The notes: a model not told the origin generated them from the letters alone. A stretch of 64,000 bases of DNA from an uncultured Chloroflexia bacterium (GCA_963707215.1 CAVPPB010000003.1:576001-640000), one strand, 5' to 3'. Shown: positions 42,072-62,743, numbered from the stretch's first letter. Numbers and translations: made by a program.

Positions 42072-42434
42072 TCAGAAGTCGAGGCCGGCGCCCCGGGCGG
42101 CGTCCGCAAGGGAGCGAACGCGTCCGTGGTACCGGAACCCGGCCCGATCGAGGACGACCTTCGAGACGCCGGCGGCCTTGGCCCGCTCGGCGATGAGTCG
42201 CCCCACGGAGGCAGCCGCTTCCGACTTCGACCCCTCGGACCCGCGAAGGTCCTTTTCCAGGGTCGAGGCGGCGGCCAGCGTCCTGCCCGTCGTGTCGTCG
42301 ATGACCTGGGCGTAGATGTGGTTCAGGCTGCGGAAGACCGCGAGACGCGGTCGCTCGGGCGAGCCCGAGACCCGCAGGCGGATCCGCTGGTGGCGCTTAT
42401 GCCGCGCCGCGGTCCGGCTGGCGACCTGCGTCAT
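42072..42434 (-). CDS. rplR: 50S ribosomal protein L18
   Basis: [31 protein letters not shown]. Confidence 0.96.
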   Translation of the reverse strand: MTQVASRTAARHKRHQRIRLRVSGSPERPRLAVFRSLNHIYAQVIDDTTGRTLAAASTLEKDLRGSEGSKSEAAASVGRLIAERAKAAGVSKVVLDRAGFRYHGRVRSLADAARGAGLDF

Positions 42435-42456
42435 GCTCTCGATCCCCTCGTCGTTC

Positions 42457-43005
42457 CTACTTGGCGCCGATCTTGCCGGCCTTGCCGGCCTTTCGGCGGA
42501 TCCTCTCACCGGCATACCGCACGCCCTTGCCCTTGTAGGGCTCCGGCTTGCGGGTCGACCGCACCTTGGCGGCGATCTCGCCGACGAGCTCCTTGTCGAT
42601 GCCGACGACCGCCAGCCGGGTCGGATTCTCGACCTCGAAGCTGATACCGGCCGGCGGATCGATCTCGATCGGGTGGCTGTACCCGAGGTTGAGCTGCAGC
42701 TTGCTGCCCACCAGCGCGGCCCGGTAGCCGACACCGGTGATCTCGAGGCCCTTTCGGTAGCCGTTCGAGACGCCCTCGACCATGTTGGCCACGAGGGTCC
42801 GGGTCAGCCCGTGGAGCTGCTTGTGGACCTTCTGCTCCGTGGGCCGCTCGACGATGATCGAACCGTCGTCCTGGCGCACGGTCATGTCCGGGTGGAGCTC
42901 GCGAGTCAACGTGCCCTTGGGTCCCTTGACGGTGATCCGCCGACCGTCGATCGCGATGTCGACCCCGGACGGGATCTGGATGGGGAGACGACCGATCCGT
43001 GACAT
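42457..43005 (-). CDS. rplF: 50S ribosomal protein L6
   Basis: [22 protein letters not shown]. Confidence 0.97.
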   Translation of the reverse strand: MSRIGRLPIQIPSGVDIAIDGRRITVKGPKGTLTRELHPDMTVRQDDGSIIVERPTEQKVHKQLHGLTRTLVANMVEGVSNGYRKGLEITGVGYRAALVGSKLQLNLGYSHPIEIDPPAGISFEVENPTRLAVVGIDKELVGEIAAKVRSTRKPEPYKGKGVRYAGERIRRKAGKAGKIGAK

Positions 43006-43012
43006 CGGCGAC

Positions 43013-43411
43013 CTACCAGACGTAGGCGAGGACTTCCCCGCCTAGCTGGGAGCGCTTCGCCTGCGTCCCGGTCATGATCCCCTGGCTGGTGGAGACGATG
43101 ACGATCCCGAGGCCACCAAGGACCCGGGGGATGTCGGTCTTGCGCGCGTAGACGCGCAGTCCGGGCTTGCTGATGCGCTTCAGCCCGGAGACGACCGGCA
43201 CCTTGCCGTCGACGTACTTGAGAGTCAGCACGAGCTGGGCTGCGGGCCCGTCCTGCTGCTCTCGGACGCCGGCGATGAAACCCTCCTCCTGGAGGATGCG
43301 GGCGATCTCACGCTTCACCCGCGAGGCCGGCACGATCACTTCAGTGTGACGGGCTCGGCTCGCGTTGCGGATCCGCGTGAGCATGTCCGCGATCGGATCA
43401 GACATCTGCAT
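43013..43411 (-). CDS. rpsH: 30S ribosomal protein S8
   Basis: [30 protein letters not shown]. Confidence 0.97.
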   Translation of the reverse strand: MQMSDPIADMLTRIRNASRARHTEVIVPASRVKREIARILQEEGFIAGVREQQDGPAAQLVLTLKYVDGKVPVVSGLKRISKPGLRVYARKTDIPRVLGGLGIVIVSTSQGIMTGTQAKRSQLGGEVLAYVW

Positions 43412-43417
43412 CGCTGC

Positions 43418-43603
43418 TCACCAGCTCGACTTGGTCACGCCAGGCAGCTCACCGCGGAGCGCGCGCTCGCGGAAGCAGATCCGGCACAGCGCGAACCGGC
43501 GCATGTACCCGCGCGGACGCCCGCAGAGGGTGCAGCGGTAGTACGCCCGCACCTCGTGCTTGGGCTTCCGCTTCGCCTTGGCGATCATCGACTTCTTGGC
43601 CAT
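43418..43603 (-). CDS. rpsN: 30S ribosomal protein S14, type Z (Zn-binding)
   Basis: [25 protein letters not shown]. Confidence 0.96.
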   Translation of the reverse strand: MAKKSMIAKAKRKPKHEVRAYYRCTLCGRPRGYMRRFALCRICFRERALRGELPGVTKSSW

Positions 43604-43619
43604 CCGGACTCCTCCCCGC

Positions 43620-44159
43620 CTAGCCGGCGAAGGGCATGCCGAGGAGCTCGAGCAGACGCTTCGACTCCTCGTCGGTCTTCGCCGTCGTCACGATGCTGAT
43701 CTCCAGCCCGCGGAGACGGTCCACCTTGTCGTAGTCGATCTCCGGGAAGGCCAGCTGCTCCCGAAGACCGAGCGAATAGTTGCCGCGCCCGTCGAAGGAC
43801 TTCGAGGGCACCCCCCGGAAGTCACGGATCCGCGGGAGCGCGAGCGTCGTCAGGCGCTCGAGGAAGTCCCACATCCGCTCGCCCCGGAGCGTCACCTTGG
43901 CACCGATCGAGTTGCCCGTCCGGAGCCGGAACTGGGCGATCGACCGGCGAGCCTTGGTCACCACCGGACGCTGGCCGGTGATCATGGACAGGTCGCCCAC
44001 TGCAGCATCGATCGCCTTCGCGTTCGTCAGAGCCTCACCGAGGCCGATGTTGACGACGATCTTGCTGAGACGGGGGACCTCCATCGGGTTCTCGTACCCG
44101 AACTGGTTGGTCAGCGCCGGACCGATCTCGGTCCGATAGCGCTCATGGAGACGGTTCAC
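43620..44159 (-). CDS. rplE: 50S ribosomal protein L5
   Basis: [33 protein letters not shown]. Confidence 0.97.
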   Translation of the reverse strand: MNRLHERYRTEIGPALTNQFGYENPMEVPRLSKIVVNIGLGEALTNAKAIDAAVGDLSMITGQRPVVTKARRSIAQFRLRTGNSIGAKVTLRGERMWDFLERLTTLALPRIRDFRGVPSKSFDGRGNYSLGLREQLAFPEIDYDKVDRLRGLEISIVTTAKTDEESKRLLELLGMPFAG

Positions 44160-44596
44160 GAGCGGGCCTCCAGGGTCTCCCCGCAGCGCTTGCACGCGCG
44201 GACCCGGCGGCCGTTGTCGAGCACGCGGTGGCCGATCCTCGTCGGCTGGTCGCACGAGCGACAGACGACCATCACCCGGCTCGCCGGTAGCGGCTGGGGG
44301 ATGTCGAGGATGCCGCCCTGCTGGACGCGGGGCGCCCGGTCGCTCTGGCTCTGCGTCGGCCTCGGCTTGGTGTGCCGCTTGGCCACGTTGAGGCCCTCGA
44401 CGACGACGTAGACGCCACCCTTGACGGAGGTCCGCCGGTAGACGGTCCGCTGGCCGCTCGGCGAGGGGTTCCGGCGGATGATCCGCTGGACCTCGCCGCG
44501 CCGACCGGCGTCCTTGCCGGTCAGGACGACGACGGTATCGCCTTTCCGGATCTCGGGCACCTTCGTCCGCCCGGTGACGCGCTGGGCAAGGGGCAT
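44156..44596 (-). CDS. rplX: 50S ribosomal protein L24 (with insertions)
   Basis: [42 protein letters not shown]. Confidence 0.93.
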   Translation of the reverse strand: MPLAQRVTGRTKVPEIRKGDTVVVLTGKDAGRRGEVQRIIRRNPSPSGQRTVYRRTSVKGGVYVVVEGLNVAKRHTKPRPTQSQSDRAPRVQQGGILDIPQPLPASRVMVVCRSCDQPTRIGHRVLDNGRRVRACKRCGETLEARS

Positions 44597-44964
44597 CACA
44601 GCACCTCCGGCGCGAGCGAGACGATCTTCATGTAGTTGCGGTCGCGCAGCTCGCGGGCGACCGGACCGAAGATCCGGGTCCCCCGCGGGTTGCCCTGGTT
44701 GTTGATGAGCACGGCGGCATTCTCGTCGAAGCGGATGTAGCTGCCGTCGGGACGCCCGTACTCCTTGGCAGTACGGACGATCACGGCCCGGACGACGTCG
44801 CCCTTCTTGACCGGTGCGTTCGGCATCGCCGACTTGACGGCCGCGATGATCACGTCGCCGACCTCGGCGGTGGTCTTCCGGCTCCGGCCCATGATCCGGA
44901 TGCACTCGATCACCTTGGCGCCCGTGTTGTCCGCGACCTTGACGCGGCTCGAGGCCTGGATCAT
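44596..44964 (-). CDS. rplN: 50S ribosomal protein L14
   Basis: [37 protein letters not shown]. Confidence 0.97.
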   Translation of the reverse strand: MIQASSRVKVADNTGAKVIECIRIMGRSRKTTAEVGDVIIAAVKSAMPNAPVKKGDVVRAVIVRTAKEYGRPDGSYIRFDENAAVLINNQGNPRGTRIFGPVARELRDRNYMKIVSLAPEVL

Positions 44965-45377
44965 TCGCCGCCCTCCGGCGGCGTCACCGTCTCGGCCTCG
45001 GCCTCCGTCGCAGCCTCGCCGTCGCCCTCGCGGACGCGACCCGGGTGCGCCATCGCGTGGATGACCTCGGTCGTCTCGGCTTCCTCGGCCACGATCTCGC
45101 CCGTCACCTCGCCGGCCCGGGCGATGACCCGGACCAGGCGCCAGCGCTTGGTCGCGGACAGGGGCCGGGACTCCTCGATGAGGACGGTGTCGCCCAGGCG
45201 AGCCTCGTTGAGCTCGTCGTGGGCCTTGAACTTGGTCGACAACCGGATGACCCGCTTGTAGAGGCGGTGTCGGGCCAGGCGCTCGACCGCGACGACGATG
45301 GTCTTGTCCATCTTGTCGCTGACGACGCGGCCGACCTTGGTCTTCCGCTTGCTGCTCACTGCCGTTGTGGTCGTCAT
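44961..45377 (-). CDS. rpsQ: 30S ribosomal protein S17 with acidic C-terminal extension
   Basis: [28 protein letters not shown]. Confidence 0.95.
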   Translation of the reverse strand: MTTTTAVSSKRKTKVGRVVSDKMDKTIVVAVERLARHRLYKRVIRLSTKFKAHDELNEARLGDTVLIEESRPLSATKRWRLVRVIARAGEVTGEIVAEEAETTEVIHAMAHPGRVREGDGEAATEAEAETVTPPEGGE

Positions 45378-45391
45378 CGCGTGATCTCCCG

Positions 45392-45598
45392 TCACGCCGT
45401 CTCGACGCGCTCGCGCAGGCGCTCGCGCTGGACGGTCAGGATCCGCGCGATCCTTCGCCGCGTCTGCGGGATCGTGCTGTAGTCCTTGAGCTGTCGGGTC
45501 GACAGGGCGAAGCGCGCAGCCCAGAGCGCCTGCTTGGCCTCGACGAGCTCATCGGCGAGCTCCTTGTCGGAGAGCGCACGGACCTTATCGATGTCCAT
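45392..45598 (-). CDS. rpmC: 50S ribosomal protein L29
   Basis: [15 protein letters not shown]...RF..QL...I...RRRIARILT. Position after rplP. Confidence 0.93.
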   Translation of the reverse strand: MDIDKVRALSDKELADELVEAKQALWAARFALSTRQLKDYSTIPQTRRRIARILTVQRERLRERVETA

Positions 45599-46023
45599 CG
45601 GCGGCCTCCCGGTGTCCGTGCCTTGACGACGACGCGCGTCGCCACGGGGAGTTTGTGACTGGCGAGCCGCATCGCCTCGCGGGCCTGGGCCTCGTCGACA
45701 CCCGCCATCTCGAACAGGATCCGGCCGGGCTTGACGACGGCCACCCAGTGGTCGGGGGCGCCCTTGCCCGAGCCCATCCGGGTCTCGGCGGGCTTCTTGG
45801 TCGCCGGCTTGTCGGGGAAGATCCGGATCCAGATCTTGCCGCCTCGGCGGACCGACCGGGTCATCGCCCGTCGGGCGGCCTCGATCTGCCGGCTGGTGAT
45901 CCAGGCCGGCTCGGTCGTGGCAAGGCCGTACTCGCCGAAAGCGACGCTGTGGCCGCCCTTGGCGAGGCCCGACATGCGGCCGCGCATGACCTTGCGGTGC
46001 TTGACTCGTCGGGGCATCAGCAT
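45585..46023 (-). CDS. rplP: 50S ribosomal protein L16 (probable indel near the 3' end, ~45620)
   Basis: [35 protein letters not shown]. As written, the frame runs on through rpmC. The alternative frame gives ...EAADGHR* at 45585. Confidence 0.93.
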
Positions 46024-46026
46024 GGC

Positions 46027-46702
46027 TCAGGACCCTCCGCCGGACGTGCCGCCGGCCACGGGCGGGGTGGCCCGCTCGACGGCGTGGTCGCCGCGGTAGA
46101 TCCAGACCTTGACGCCGATCCGGCCGTAGGTCGTGTGCGCGTGGACCTGGCCGTAGCTGATGTCCGCTCGCAGGGTGCCGAGTGGGATGCGTCCCTCGCG
46201 GTCCCACTCCCGGCGGCCCATCTCGGACCCACCGAGGCGGCCGGCAACGGCCATCCGGACGCCCTTGGCGCCGGCCTTCATCGAGCGCTGGATCGACTGC
46301 TTGATCGCCTTGCGGAAGGCGATCCGGCGGGACAGCTGCCGCGGCGATGTTGGCGGCCACCAGCTGCGCGTCGAGCTCGGGCTGGCGGATCTCGCGGATC
46401 TCGAGCTTCACCTTGCGCTGGGACAGTGCGCCCAGCTGCTGGCGGAGCAGCTCGACGTTCGCGCCGCCCTTGCCGATGACGATGCCCGGCTTGGCGGTAT
46501 GGACGGTGACCGTCACGTGGTTGATGCCGCGCTCGATCTCGACCCGGCTGACGCTGGCATTGGCCAGCCGGCGCTCGACCAGCTGGCGGATGGCCAGGTC
46601 CTCCTTGAGCAGGTCGGTGTACTCCTTGTCGGCGTACCACTTGGCGGTCCAGGTCCGAGTCGTGCCCAGCCGGAAGCCGTACGGGTGGACCTTGTGACCC
46701 AT
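46027..46702 (-). CDS. rpsC: 30S ribosomal protein S3 (frameshift ~46338)
   Basis: [23 protein letters not shown]. Second frame has [33 protein letters not shown]. Confidence 0.93.
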
Positions 46703-46705
46703 CGC

Positions 46706-47044
46706 TCAGACCTCCTGATCCCCGACGACGACCGTGATGTGCGTCATCGGCTTGTGGATCGGGAAGGCCCGACCCTGGGCGCGCGGCCGCCAGCGCTTGA
46801 TCGTCGGGCCCTCGTTGGCGTGCGCCTCGACGACGACCAGGTCGTCGGCGGACAGGTTGTGGTTGTTCTCGGCGTTGGCGGCGGCGCTCTGGAGCACCTT
46901 GGCGACGTCGCGGCGGCGTGCTGCGGCATGAACCGGAGGAGGGCGACGGCCTCCTCCACCCGCTTGCCCTGGATCGACCTGGGTCACCAGGCGGGCCTTG
47001 CGGGTCGAGCCGCGGAGGTACTTGGCGGTGGCGGATACACGCAC
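46706..47044 (-). CDS. rplV: 50S ribosomal protein L22 (two compensating indels)
   Basis: [25 protein letters not shown] in another frame, [26 protein letters not shown]. Confidence 0.92.
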   Translation of the reverse strand: MRVSATAKYLRGSTRKARLVTQVDPGQAGGGGRRPPPVHAAARRRDVAKVLQSAAANAENNHNLSADDLVVVEAHANEGPTIKRWRPRAQGRAFPIHKPMTHITVVVGDQEV

Positions 47045-47057
47045 GATCGTCCGGCTC

Positions 47058-47344
47058 CTACTTGACGCCGGCGCGACGATCGGTGTGCTTGCCGTGCCCG
47101 CGGTAGGTGCGGGTCGGGCGCGAACTCGCCGAGGCGGTGGCCGACCATGTTCTCGGTCACGTAGACCGGGACGTGCTTCCGGCCGTTGTAGACCGCGATC
47201 GTGTGGCCGATGAAGTCGGGGAAGATGACCGACGGCGCGAGACCAGGTCCGGACGACCTTCTTCTCGTTCTGCTTGTTCATCTCCTGGACGCGGCCGAGG
47301 AGCCGCGCCTCGACGAACGGTCCCTTCTTGACCGAACGCGACAT
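47058..47344 (-). CDS. rpsS: 30S ribosomal protein S19 (frameshifted)
   Basis: [16 protein letters not shown]. Other frames encode [35 protein letters not shown]. Confidence 0.92.
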
Positions 47345-47363
47345 GCTGCTCGTCTCCTCCGCG

Positions 47364-48202
47364 CTACTTGCGCTGCCGCGACCGGACGATCGATCCGGCC
47401 GGTGGTCTTGTTGCGTACGGGTGCGGTAGCCCATCGCCGGCTTGCCCCAGGGTGTCTTGGGCGGCATGCCCGTCGGCGACTTGCCCTCGCCACCGCCGTG
47501 CGGATGGTCGCGCGGGGTCATGGCCACGCCGCGGGTCTCGGGTCGGCGGCCCAGGTGCCGCGCCCGCGCCGGCCTTGCCGAGGCTCTGGTTCTCGTGGTC
47601 GAGGTTGCTCACCTGACCGACCGTTGCCATGCACCGGATCGGCGACTCGGCGGACCTCGCCCGACGGGCAGGCGCATCTGGGGCGTAGTCGCCCTCCTTG
47701 GCGAGCAGCTGGGCCGAGGTGCCGGCCGAGCGGACGATCTGGCCGCCCTTGCCGGGCACGAGCTCGATGTTGTGGATCGTCGTGCCGAGCGGGATGTTGC
47801 GCGAGCGGCAGGGCGTTGCCGACCCGTGCCTCGGCCGACGGGCCCGCCACGACGACGTCACCGACCTTCAGCCCGTTCGGCAGCGAGCATGTAGCGCTTC
47901 TCGCCGTCGACGTAGTGGAGCAGGCCGATCCGGGCCGAGCGGTTGGGGTCGTACTCGATCGTCGCCAGCTCTGGCCGGGACTCCCGATCTTGTCGCGCTT
48001 GAAGTCGATCCGCCGGTAGTGGCGCTTCTCGCCGCCGCCGCGATGACGGACGGTGATCCGGCCGTCCGAGTTCCGGCCCGGCCGCCGCTTCTGGGGCTCC
48101 AGCAGCGGCTTGTACGGCTCGCTCGGTCGTGATCTCCTCGAAGGTCGAGCGGGTCATGAACCGGCGACCGGGCGAGGTCGGCTTGTAGGAGCGGAGCGGC
48201 AT
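47364..48202 (-). CDS. rplB: 50S ribosomal protein L2 (multiple frameshifts)
   Basis: [61 protein letters not shown], spread across frames. Confidence 0.92.
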
Positions 48203-48204
48203 CG

Positions 48205-48515
48205 TCAGACCCCCTCGAAGAACTCGATCTTCTGGCCGGGAGCCAGGGTGACGACGGCCTTCCGCCAGGGCGAGGTGTAGCCCGATGACGCGGCCGCGCC
48301 GCGTGCCGCGACGCTTCTCCTTCGCCTTCTGGGTCAGGACGTTGACCTTGACGACGGTGACCTTGTCGTAGAGCGCCTCGACCGCCGCCTTGATCTGGAT
48401 CTTGTTGGCGTCCGCGTGGACGGCGAAGGTGTACTTGCCGCGTTCCGACTCGTCGATCGACTTCTCGCTGATGACCGGTCGGAGGATGATCTCCGGGGCC
48501 GTCAGGCACGCTCAC
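48205..48515 (-). CDS. rplW: 50S ribosomal protein L23 (frameshifted)
   Basis: Manual reading: [50 protein letters not shown]. Confidence 0.9.
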
Positions 48516-49146
48516 GCGTACACCTCCTCCATCCGCCGGATCGCCGGTGCCTCGATGAGCACCAGGTCGGCCTTGAGCAGGTCGACGACGTTGAGCGAGT
48601 CGGCGAGCAGGACCTCGACACGCGGCAGGTTGCGGGCCGACAGCTCGAGCGTCTCGTCGCGGCCGGGAGCGACCAGCAGCACCCGGCGGCCCTGCCGTTG
48701 CCACCACCGAGGGCCTCGAGCGAGGCGACCAGGTCGCGGGTCCGGAAGGCCTCGGGGCCGAGGTCGTCGACGACCCGGATAGCGTCGTCGTCGAGCTTGG
48801 CGGTCAGCGCGCCGCGGAGCGCCAGGCGCTTCATCTTCCGTGGCAGGCGCTGCTCGTAGGACCGTGGATGCGGTCCGAACACGGCGCCGCCGCCGGCGTA
48901 GTGAGGCGCGGAGCGCGAACCCTGGCGGGCGCGCCCGGTGCCCTTCTGGCGGTACGGCTTGCGGCCGCCGCCGCGCACTTCGCCTCGGGTCTTGGTGTCG
49001 TGGGTGCCGATCCGCCGGGCGGCGAGCTGGGCCGTGACGACCTGGTGGATGACGGCCTCGTTGACCGGCGCCGCGAAGAGCGCGTCCGGCAACTCGACGG
49101 AGCCGACCGATGCCCCGGTGCGGTCGTACAGGGTGATCTCAGGCAT
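48512..49146 (-). CDS. rplD: 50S ribosomal protein L4 (frameshift ~48690)
   Basis: GTHDTKTRGEVRGGGRKPYRQKGTGRARQGS, GGGAVFGP, SARNLP. Confidence 0.93.
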
Positions 49147-49148
49147 CG

Positions 49149-49756
49149 TCAGGCCTTCCTCACGAGGACGAGCGTGCCGCGGGCGCCGGGCACGCTCCCC
49201 GCACCAGCAGGAGGTTGCGCTCGGCGTCGGCCCGGACGACCTGCAGCTTGCGGATGGTCGTCTGCTGGGCGCCCTTGTGGCCGGCCATCCGCAGACCGCG
49301 GTAGACCCGGCCCGGCGTCGTGCCCGGACCGATGGAGCCAGGCTTCCGGTAGTTGTCGGAACCATGGGTCTTGGGGCCGCGCTTGAAGTGGTGGCGCTTC
49401 ACCGTGCCGGCGAAGCCACCGCCCTTGGAGACGCCGGTGACATCGACCATCTCACCGGAGGCGAAGAGGTCCACGCCGAGCGTCTGGCCGACCTCGAACT
49501 CGTCGACGGACTCGACCCGGAACTCGCGCATGGCGGCGACCTGGGGCAGGCCCTTGAGCTGCCCGGCCACCGGCTTGGTGAGTCGCCGAGCCTGGCCGGC
49601 CCCGAGCTGCACGGCCGTGTAGCCGTCGCGATCCGACGTCCGGAGGCGGGTGACGGTGTTGGGCGTGATCTCCAGCACGCTGACGGGGACCATCGTCCCG
49701 TCATCGGCGAAGAGCTGGGTCATGCCGACCTTGCGGCCGATCAATCCGATGCTCAT
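49149..49756 (-). CDS. rplC: 50S ribosomal protein L3 (indel near 3' end)
   Basis: [43 protein letters not shown]. Confidence 0.94.
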
Positions 49757-49763
49757 CGGCCGG

Positions 49764-50072
49764 TCACATCTTGATCTCGATGTCGACACCCGCGGCCAGC
49801 GAGAGTCGCATCAGGGCGTCGATCGTCTTCGACGACGGGTCGAGGATGTCGATCAGGCGCTTGTGGGTCCGGATCTCGAACTGCTCCCGGCTGTCCTTGT
49901 CGATGAAGGGCGACCGGAGCACGGTGAACTTCTCGATCCGGGTCGGGAGCGGCACCGGGCCCACGACGTCGGCCCCGGTCCGCTGGGCGGTCTCGACGAT
50001 CTGCGAGGCCGACTGATCCAGCAGCCGGTGGTCGTACGCCTTGAGGCGGATCCTGATCCGCTGCTTCGCCAT
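49764..50072 (-). CDS. rpsJ: 30S ribosomal protein S10
   Basis: [29 protein letters not shown]. Confidence 0.97.
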   Translation of the reverse strand: MAKQRIRIRLKAYDHRLLDQSASQIVETAQRTGADVVGPVPLPTRIEKFTVLRSPFIDKDSREQFEIRTHKRLIDILDPSSKTIDALMRLSLAAGVDIEIKM

Positions 50073-50078
50073 GGCGCC

Positions 50079-51275
<1,197 letters not shown>

Positions 51276-51324
51276 CGGTCGGGAAGCTCCTTGCTCCTTG
51301 CGGTGACGGTCCGGGGCGACCGGC

Positions 51325-53400
51325 TCAGACCTTGCTCTTGGCGACGAGTTCCGCCGCGATGCTCGCGGGGACCTCGGCGTAGTGGGACAGCTCCATGGAG
51401 TAGCTGGCGCGACCCTGGGTCATCGACCGCAGATCCGTCGCGTAGCCGAACATCTCGGCCAGGGGCACGAAGGACCGGACGACCTGGGTCGAACCCCGGG
51501 AGTCCATCCCTTCGATGTGACCGCGCCGACTGTTGAGGTCGCCGATGACGTCGCCCATGTACTCCTCGGGCATCGTCACCTCGACCCGCATCATCGGCTC
51601 GAGAACGGTCGGACTGGCCTTCTCGACGGCGGCCTTGACGGCCATCGAGCCGGCGATCTTGAAGGCCATCTCCGACGAATCGACCTCGTGGTACGAACCG
51701 TCGTGGACGGTCGCCTTGACGTCGACCATCGGGTAGCCGGCGTAGATGCCGGTGTTGAGGGCCTCCTGGATGCCATTGTCGATCGCCCGCATGTACTCGC
51801 GCGGGATCGTCCCCCCGACGATCTTGTCGACGAACTCGTAGCCGGCGCCCTTCTGGTTGGGCTCGAGGGTCAGGATGACGTGACCGTACTGACCCTTGCC
51901 TCCGGTCTGGCGGACGAAGCGGCCGTTGCCCTCGGCGGCCCGGCGGATCGTCTCCCGGTAGGAGACCTGGGGCTTGCCGATGTTGGCAGCCACCTTGAAC
52001 TCGCGGGTCATCCGGTCGACCAGGACGTCGAGGTGGAGCTCGCCCATCCCGGCGATCCGGGTCTGGCCGGACTCCTCGTCGGTCGAGACCCGGAAGGTCG
52101 GGTCCTCCTCGGCCAGGCGCTGGAGGGCGATGGCCATCTTGTCCTGGTCGGCCTTGGTCTTCGGCTCGATCGCGACCTCGATCACCGGCTCGGGGAAGGT
52201 CATCGATTCGAGGATGACCGGGTGCTCCGGCTCGGCAAGCGTGTCGCCGGTGAAGGTCTCCTTGAGCCCGACCGCCGCCGCGATGTCGCCCGCGTGGACC
52301 TCGGCGATCTCCTCACGGTGGTTGGCGTGCATCTGGAGGATGCGCCCGATGCGCTCCTTCTTGCCCTTGGTGGCGTTGAGGACATACGAGCCGCTCTTCA
52401 ACGTCCCCGAGTAGACCCGGAAGTAGGCCAGCTTCCCGACGAACGGGTCGGCGGCGATCTTGAAGGCCAGGCCGGCGAAGGGCTCGCTGTCGTCGACCGT
52501 CCGGAGCACCTCGGCATGGGTCCGCGGGTCCTCGCCGATGACGGGCGGGACGTCGAGCGGCGACGGCAGGTAGGCGACGACCGCGTCGAGCATCGGCTGG
52601 ACGCCCTTGTTCTTCAGGGCGGAGCCGCACAGGGTCGGGACGATGCGGTACTGAAGGGTGCCGAGGCGGAGCCCGTGGACGATGTCATCCTCGGTCAGCT
52701 CCTCGCCCTCGAGGAACTTGTGGGTAAGGTCGTCGTCGACCTCGGCCACCAGTTCGATCATCCGCTCGCGGTAGCGGGCTGCCTCGTCGGCCAGGTCGGC
52801 CGGGATGTCGGTCTCCTCGAACGTCGAGCCCAGGTCGTCGCTCCAGACGATCGCCCGCATCCGGACGAGGTCGATGACGCCCTTGAAGGTGTCCTCCGAG
52901 CCGATGGGGATCTGGATCGGCACCGGGGTCGCGCCAAGACGGTCGCGGATCATCTCGACGCAGCGCCAGTAGTCGGCGCCGGTCCGGTCGAGCTTGTTGA
53001 TGAAGCAGATCCGTGGCACGCGGTAGCGGTCGGCCTGCCGCCAGACCGTCTCCGACTGGGGCTCCACACCCGCGACACCGTCGAACACGACGACCGCTCC
53101 ATCGAGGACGCGGAGGCTCCGCTCGACCTCGACCGTGAAGTCCACGTGCCCGGGCGTATCGATGATGTTGATACGATGGTCGCCCCAGAAGGCGGTGGTG
53201 GCCGCCGCGGTGATGGTGATGCCCCGCTCCTGCTCCTGGGGCATCCAGTCCATCGTGGCGGCACCTTCGTGGACCTCGCCGAGCTTGTAGATCTTCTTCG
53301 TGTAGAAGAGGATCCGCTCGGTGACCGTGGTCTTGCCGGCGTCGATGTGGGCGATGATCCCGATGTTGCGGGTGCGACCGAGGGAGACGGGTCGGGCCAC
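51325..53400 (-). CDS. fusA: Elongation factor G
   Basis: [34 protein letters not shown]. Confidence 0.98.
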   Translation of the reverse strand: MARPVSLGRTRNIGIIAHIDAGKTTVTERILFYTKKIYKLGEVHEGAATMDWMPQEQERGITITAAATTAFWGDHRINIIDTPGHVDFTVEVERSLRVLDGAVVVFDGVAGVEPQSETVWRQADRYRVPRICFINKLDRTGADYWRCVEMIRDRLGATPVPIQIPIGSEDTFKGVIDLVRMRAIVWSDDLGSTFEETDIPADLADEAARYRERMIELVAEVDDDLTHKFLEGEELTEDDIVHGLRLGTLQYRIVPTLCGSALKNKGVQPMLDAVVAYLPSPLDVPPVIGEDPRTHAEVLRTVDDSEPFAGLAFKIAADPFVGKLAYFRVYSGTLKSGSYVLNATKGKKERIGRILQMHANHREEIAEVHAGDIAAAVGLKETFTGDTLAEPEHPVILESMTFPEPVIEVAIEPKTKADQDKMAIALQRLAEEDPTFRVSTDEESGQTRIAGMGELHLDVLVDRMTREFKVAANIGKPQVSYRETIRRAAEGNGRFVRQTGGKGQYGHVILTLEPNQKGAGYEFVDKIVGGTIPREYMRAIDNGIQEALNTGIYAGYPMVDVKATVHDGSYHEVDSSEMAFKIAGSMAVKAAVEKASPTVLEPMMRVEVTMPEEYMGDVIGDLNSRRGHIEGMDSRGSTQVVRSFVPLAEMFGYATDLRSMTQGRASYSMELSHYAEVPASIAAELVAKSKV

Positions 53401-53405
53401 GGTGA

Positions 53406-53873
53406 CTACCAGCGGAAGTGGCTGAAGGCCTTGTTGGCCTCGGCCATCTTGTGGGTGTCCTCGCGACGCTTCACCGCCGCGCCGAGGCCGTTCGACGCGT
53501 CGACGAACTCCGCCGCGAGCTTCTCGCCCATGCTCTTGCCGCTCCGCTTCCGGGCGGCCTGGACGAGCCAGCGGACGCCGAGCGACATCCGACGATCGCC
53601 GCGGATCTCGACCGGGACCTGGTAGGTGGCACCACCGACCCGCCGCGGCTTGACCTCGATGATCGGGGTCGCGTTCCGCATGGCCGCCTCGAGGACCTCG
53701 AGGCCGGGGCGACCCGACTGGGCCTCGGCGCGCGCCAGGGCCTGGCGGAGGATGCGGTCGGCCAGGTGCTTCTTGCCCCGCACCATGAGCTTCGCGGTGA
53801 AGCGAGCGGTCGTCCGGTTGGCCGGGACCTGCTCGTACTTCGTCTTGCGGGGGATGGACTGGCGGCGCGGCAT
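53406..53873 (-). CDS. rpsG: 30S ribosomal protein S7
   Basis: [26 protein letters not shown]. Confidence 0.96.
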   Translation of the reverse strand: MPRRQSIPRKTKYEQVPANRTTARFTAKLMVRGKKHLADRILRQALARAEAQSGRPGLEVLEAAMRNATPIIEVKPRRVGGATYQVPVEIRGDRRMSLGVRWLVQAARKRSGKSMGEKLAAEFVDASNGLGAAVKRREDTHKMAEANKAFSHFRW

Positions 53874-53880
53874 GGTCGCT

Positions 53881-54312
53881 CTACCTCTGGCCCGTTGGCG
53901 TCGGGTTCGCCTTGGCGCCGTACTTGCTGCGGCCTTGCCTCCGGTCGCGCACGCCGGCCGCGTCGAGGGTTCCGCGGATGATGTGGTACTTGACCGACGG
54001 CAGGTCCTTCACCCGGCCGCCGCGGACGAGGACCACCGAGTGCTCCTGCAGGTTGTGGCCGATGCCGGGGATGTAGGCGGTGACCTCCATCTGGTTCGAC
54101 AGACGGACGCGGGCGATCTTGCGGAGGGCCGAGTTCGGCTTCTTGGGCGTCATCGTCCGGACCTGCAGGCAGACGCCACGCTTCTGCGGGGCGCCCGGGA
54201 TGGGCACCTGGCGCCGCTTGAGGCTGTTCCAGTTCTTGCGCATGGCGGGCGCCTTGATCTTGGAGATCTTGGGCTGGCGGCCCTTGCGCACGAGCTGGCT
54301 GATCGTCGGCAC
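53881..54312 (-). CDS. rpsL: 30S ribosomal protein S12
   Basis: [35 protein letters not shown]. Start GTG 54312 with GAAAGGAG SD. Confidence 0.97.
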   Translation of the reverse strand: MPTISQLVRKGRQPKISKIKAPAMRKNWNSLKRRQVPIPGAPQKRGVCLQVRTMTPKKPNSALRKIARVRLSNQMEVTAYIPGIGHNLQEHSVVLVRGGRVKDLPSVKYHIIRGTLDAAGVRDRRQGRSKYGAKANPTPTGQR

Positions 54313-54446
54313 GACGATGCGACTCCTTTCGATCACCTGTGGTGTGGTTGGTCCGGCGCATCCCACCGTCCGATGGGCGGTCCCGGATCCGCGACGAGAG
54401 CCGGGGCACGAGGAGCCCACGACCCCCTTCGAGGCCACGAGCGCGG

Positions 54447-54475
54447 AGTGTAGCAGCGGCCCTTCGGACCGTCAA
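54447..54475 (-). promoter_or_regulatory. sigma70-like promoter of the str operon (TTGACG-17-TACACT, extended -10 TGn)
   Basis: Minus-strand TTGACG at 54475-54470 and TGC-TACACT ending at 54447. Confidence 0.65.
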
Positions 54476-54480
54476 ACGAG

Positions 54481-54507
54481 CGGGAGCCCCGCCTGGCGGG
54501 GCTCCCG
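54481..54507 (-). terminator. Intrinsic terminator-like hairpin after rpoC
   Basis: CGGGAGCCCCGCC-T-GGCGGGGCTCCCG is a perfect 13-bp IR 7 nt past the rpoC stop, with a weak U tract (CGTTTG). Confidence 0.7.
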
Positions 54508-54514
54508 ATGGCGA

Positions 54515-59002
<4,488 letters not shown>

Positions 59003-59113
59003 CGGTCTCCTCTGCGTCGTCGCCTGGCTCGACGACGCGGTGCGCGGCGGGGGCGGACGGCGCCGGATCGAGCCGGATCCGGAGCCGTGGGGCGATCGGG
59101 TCGGTCGGCTGCA

Positions 59114-62647
<3,534 letters not shown>

Positions 62648-62700
62648 GAACCGCTCCTTGGCGGAGGTAGGGGGAAAGGGCCGCGCTCACAGAACACAAA

Positions 62701-62728
62701 AGGATACCGCCCCCGGGCCATCTGTCAA
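62701..62728 (-). promoter_or_regulatory. sigma70-like promoter for rpoBC (TTGACA-16-TATCCT)
   Basis: Minus-strand TTGACA at 62728-62723 and TATCCT at 62706-62701. Confidence 0.6.
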
Positions 62729-62743
62729 GCGACCCGGGGGCGG
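62707..62743 (-). terminator. Hairpin/attenuator between rplL and rpoB
   Basis: 11-bp IR CCGCCCCCGGG...CCCGGGGGCGG, followed on the minus strand by TATCCTTTTGTG. Confidence 0.55.

Noticed and set aside
45392-46702. Apparent 436-aa S3-L29 fusion ORF
   Set aside because: Artefact of the rpsC indel. rpmC has its own SD and ATG at 45598.
45600-49210. Pseudogenisation or programmed frameshifting of S10-operon genes
   Set aside because: The genes are essential and otherwise highly conserved, with no slippery sites. Scattered single-base indels fit sequencing error.
59040-59110. GATC/CCGG-rich short repeats between rpoB and rpoC (similar at ~63926-63962)
   Set aside because: Irregular and expected by chance at this GC content, with no consistent repeat unit or spacer.
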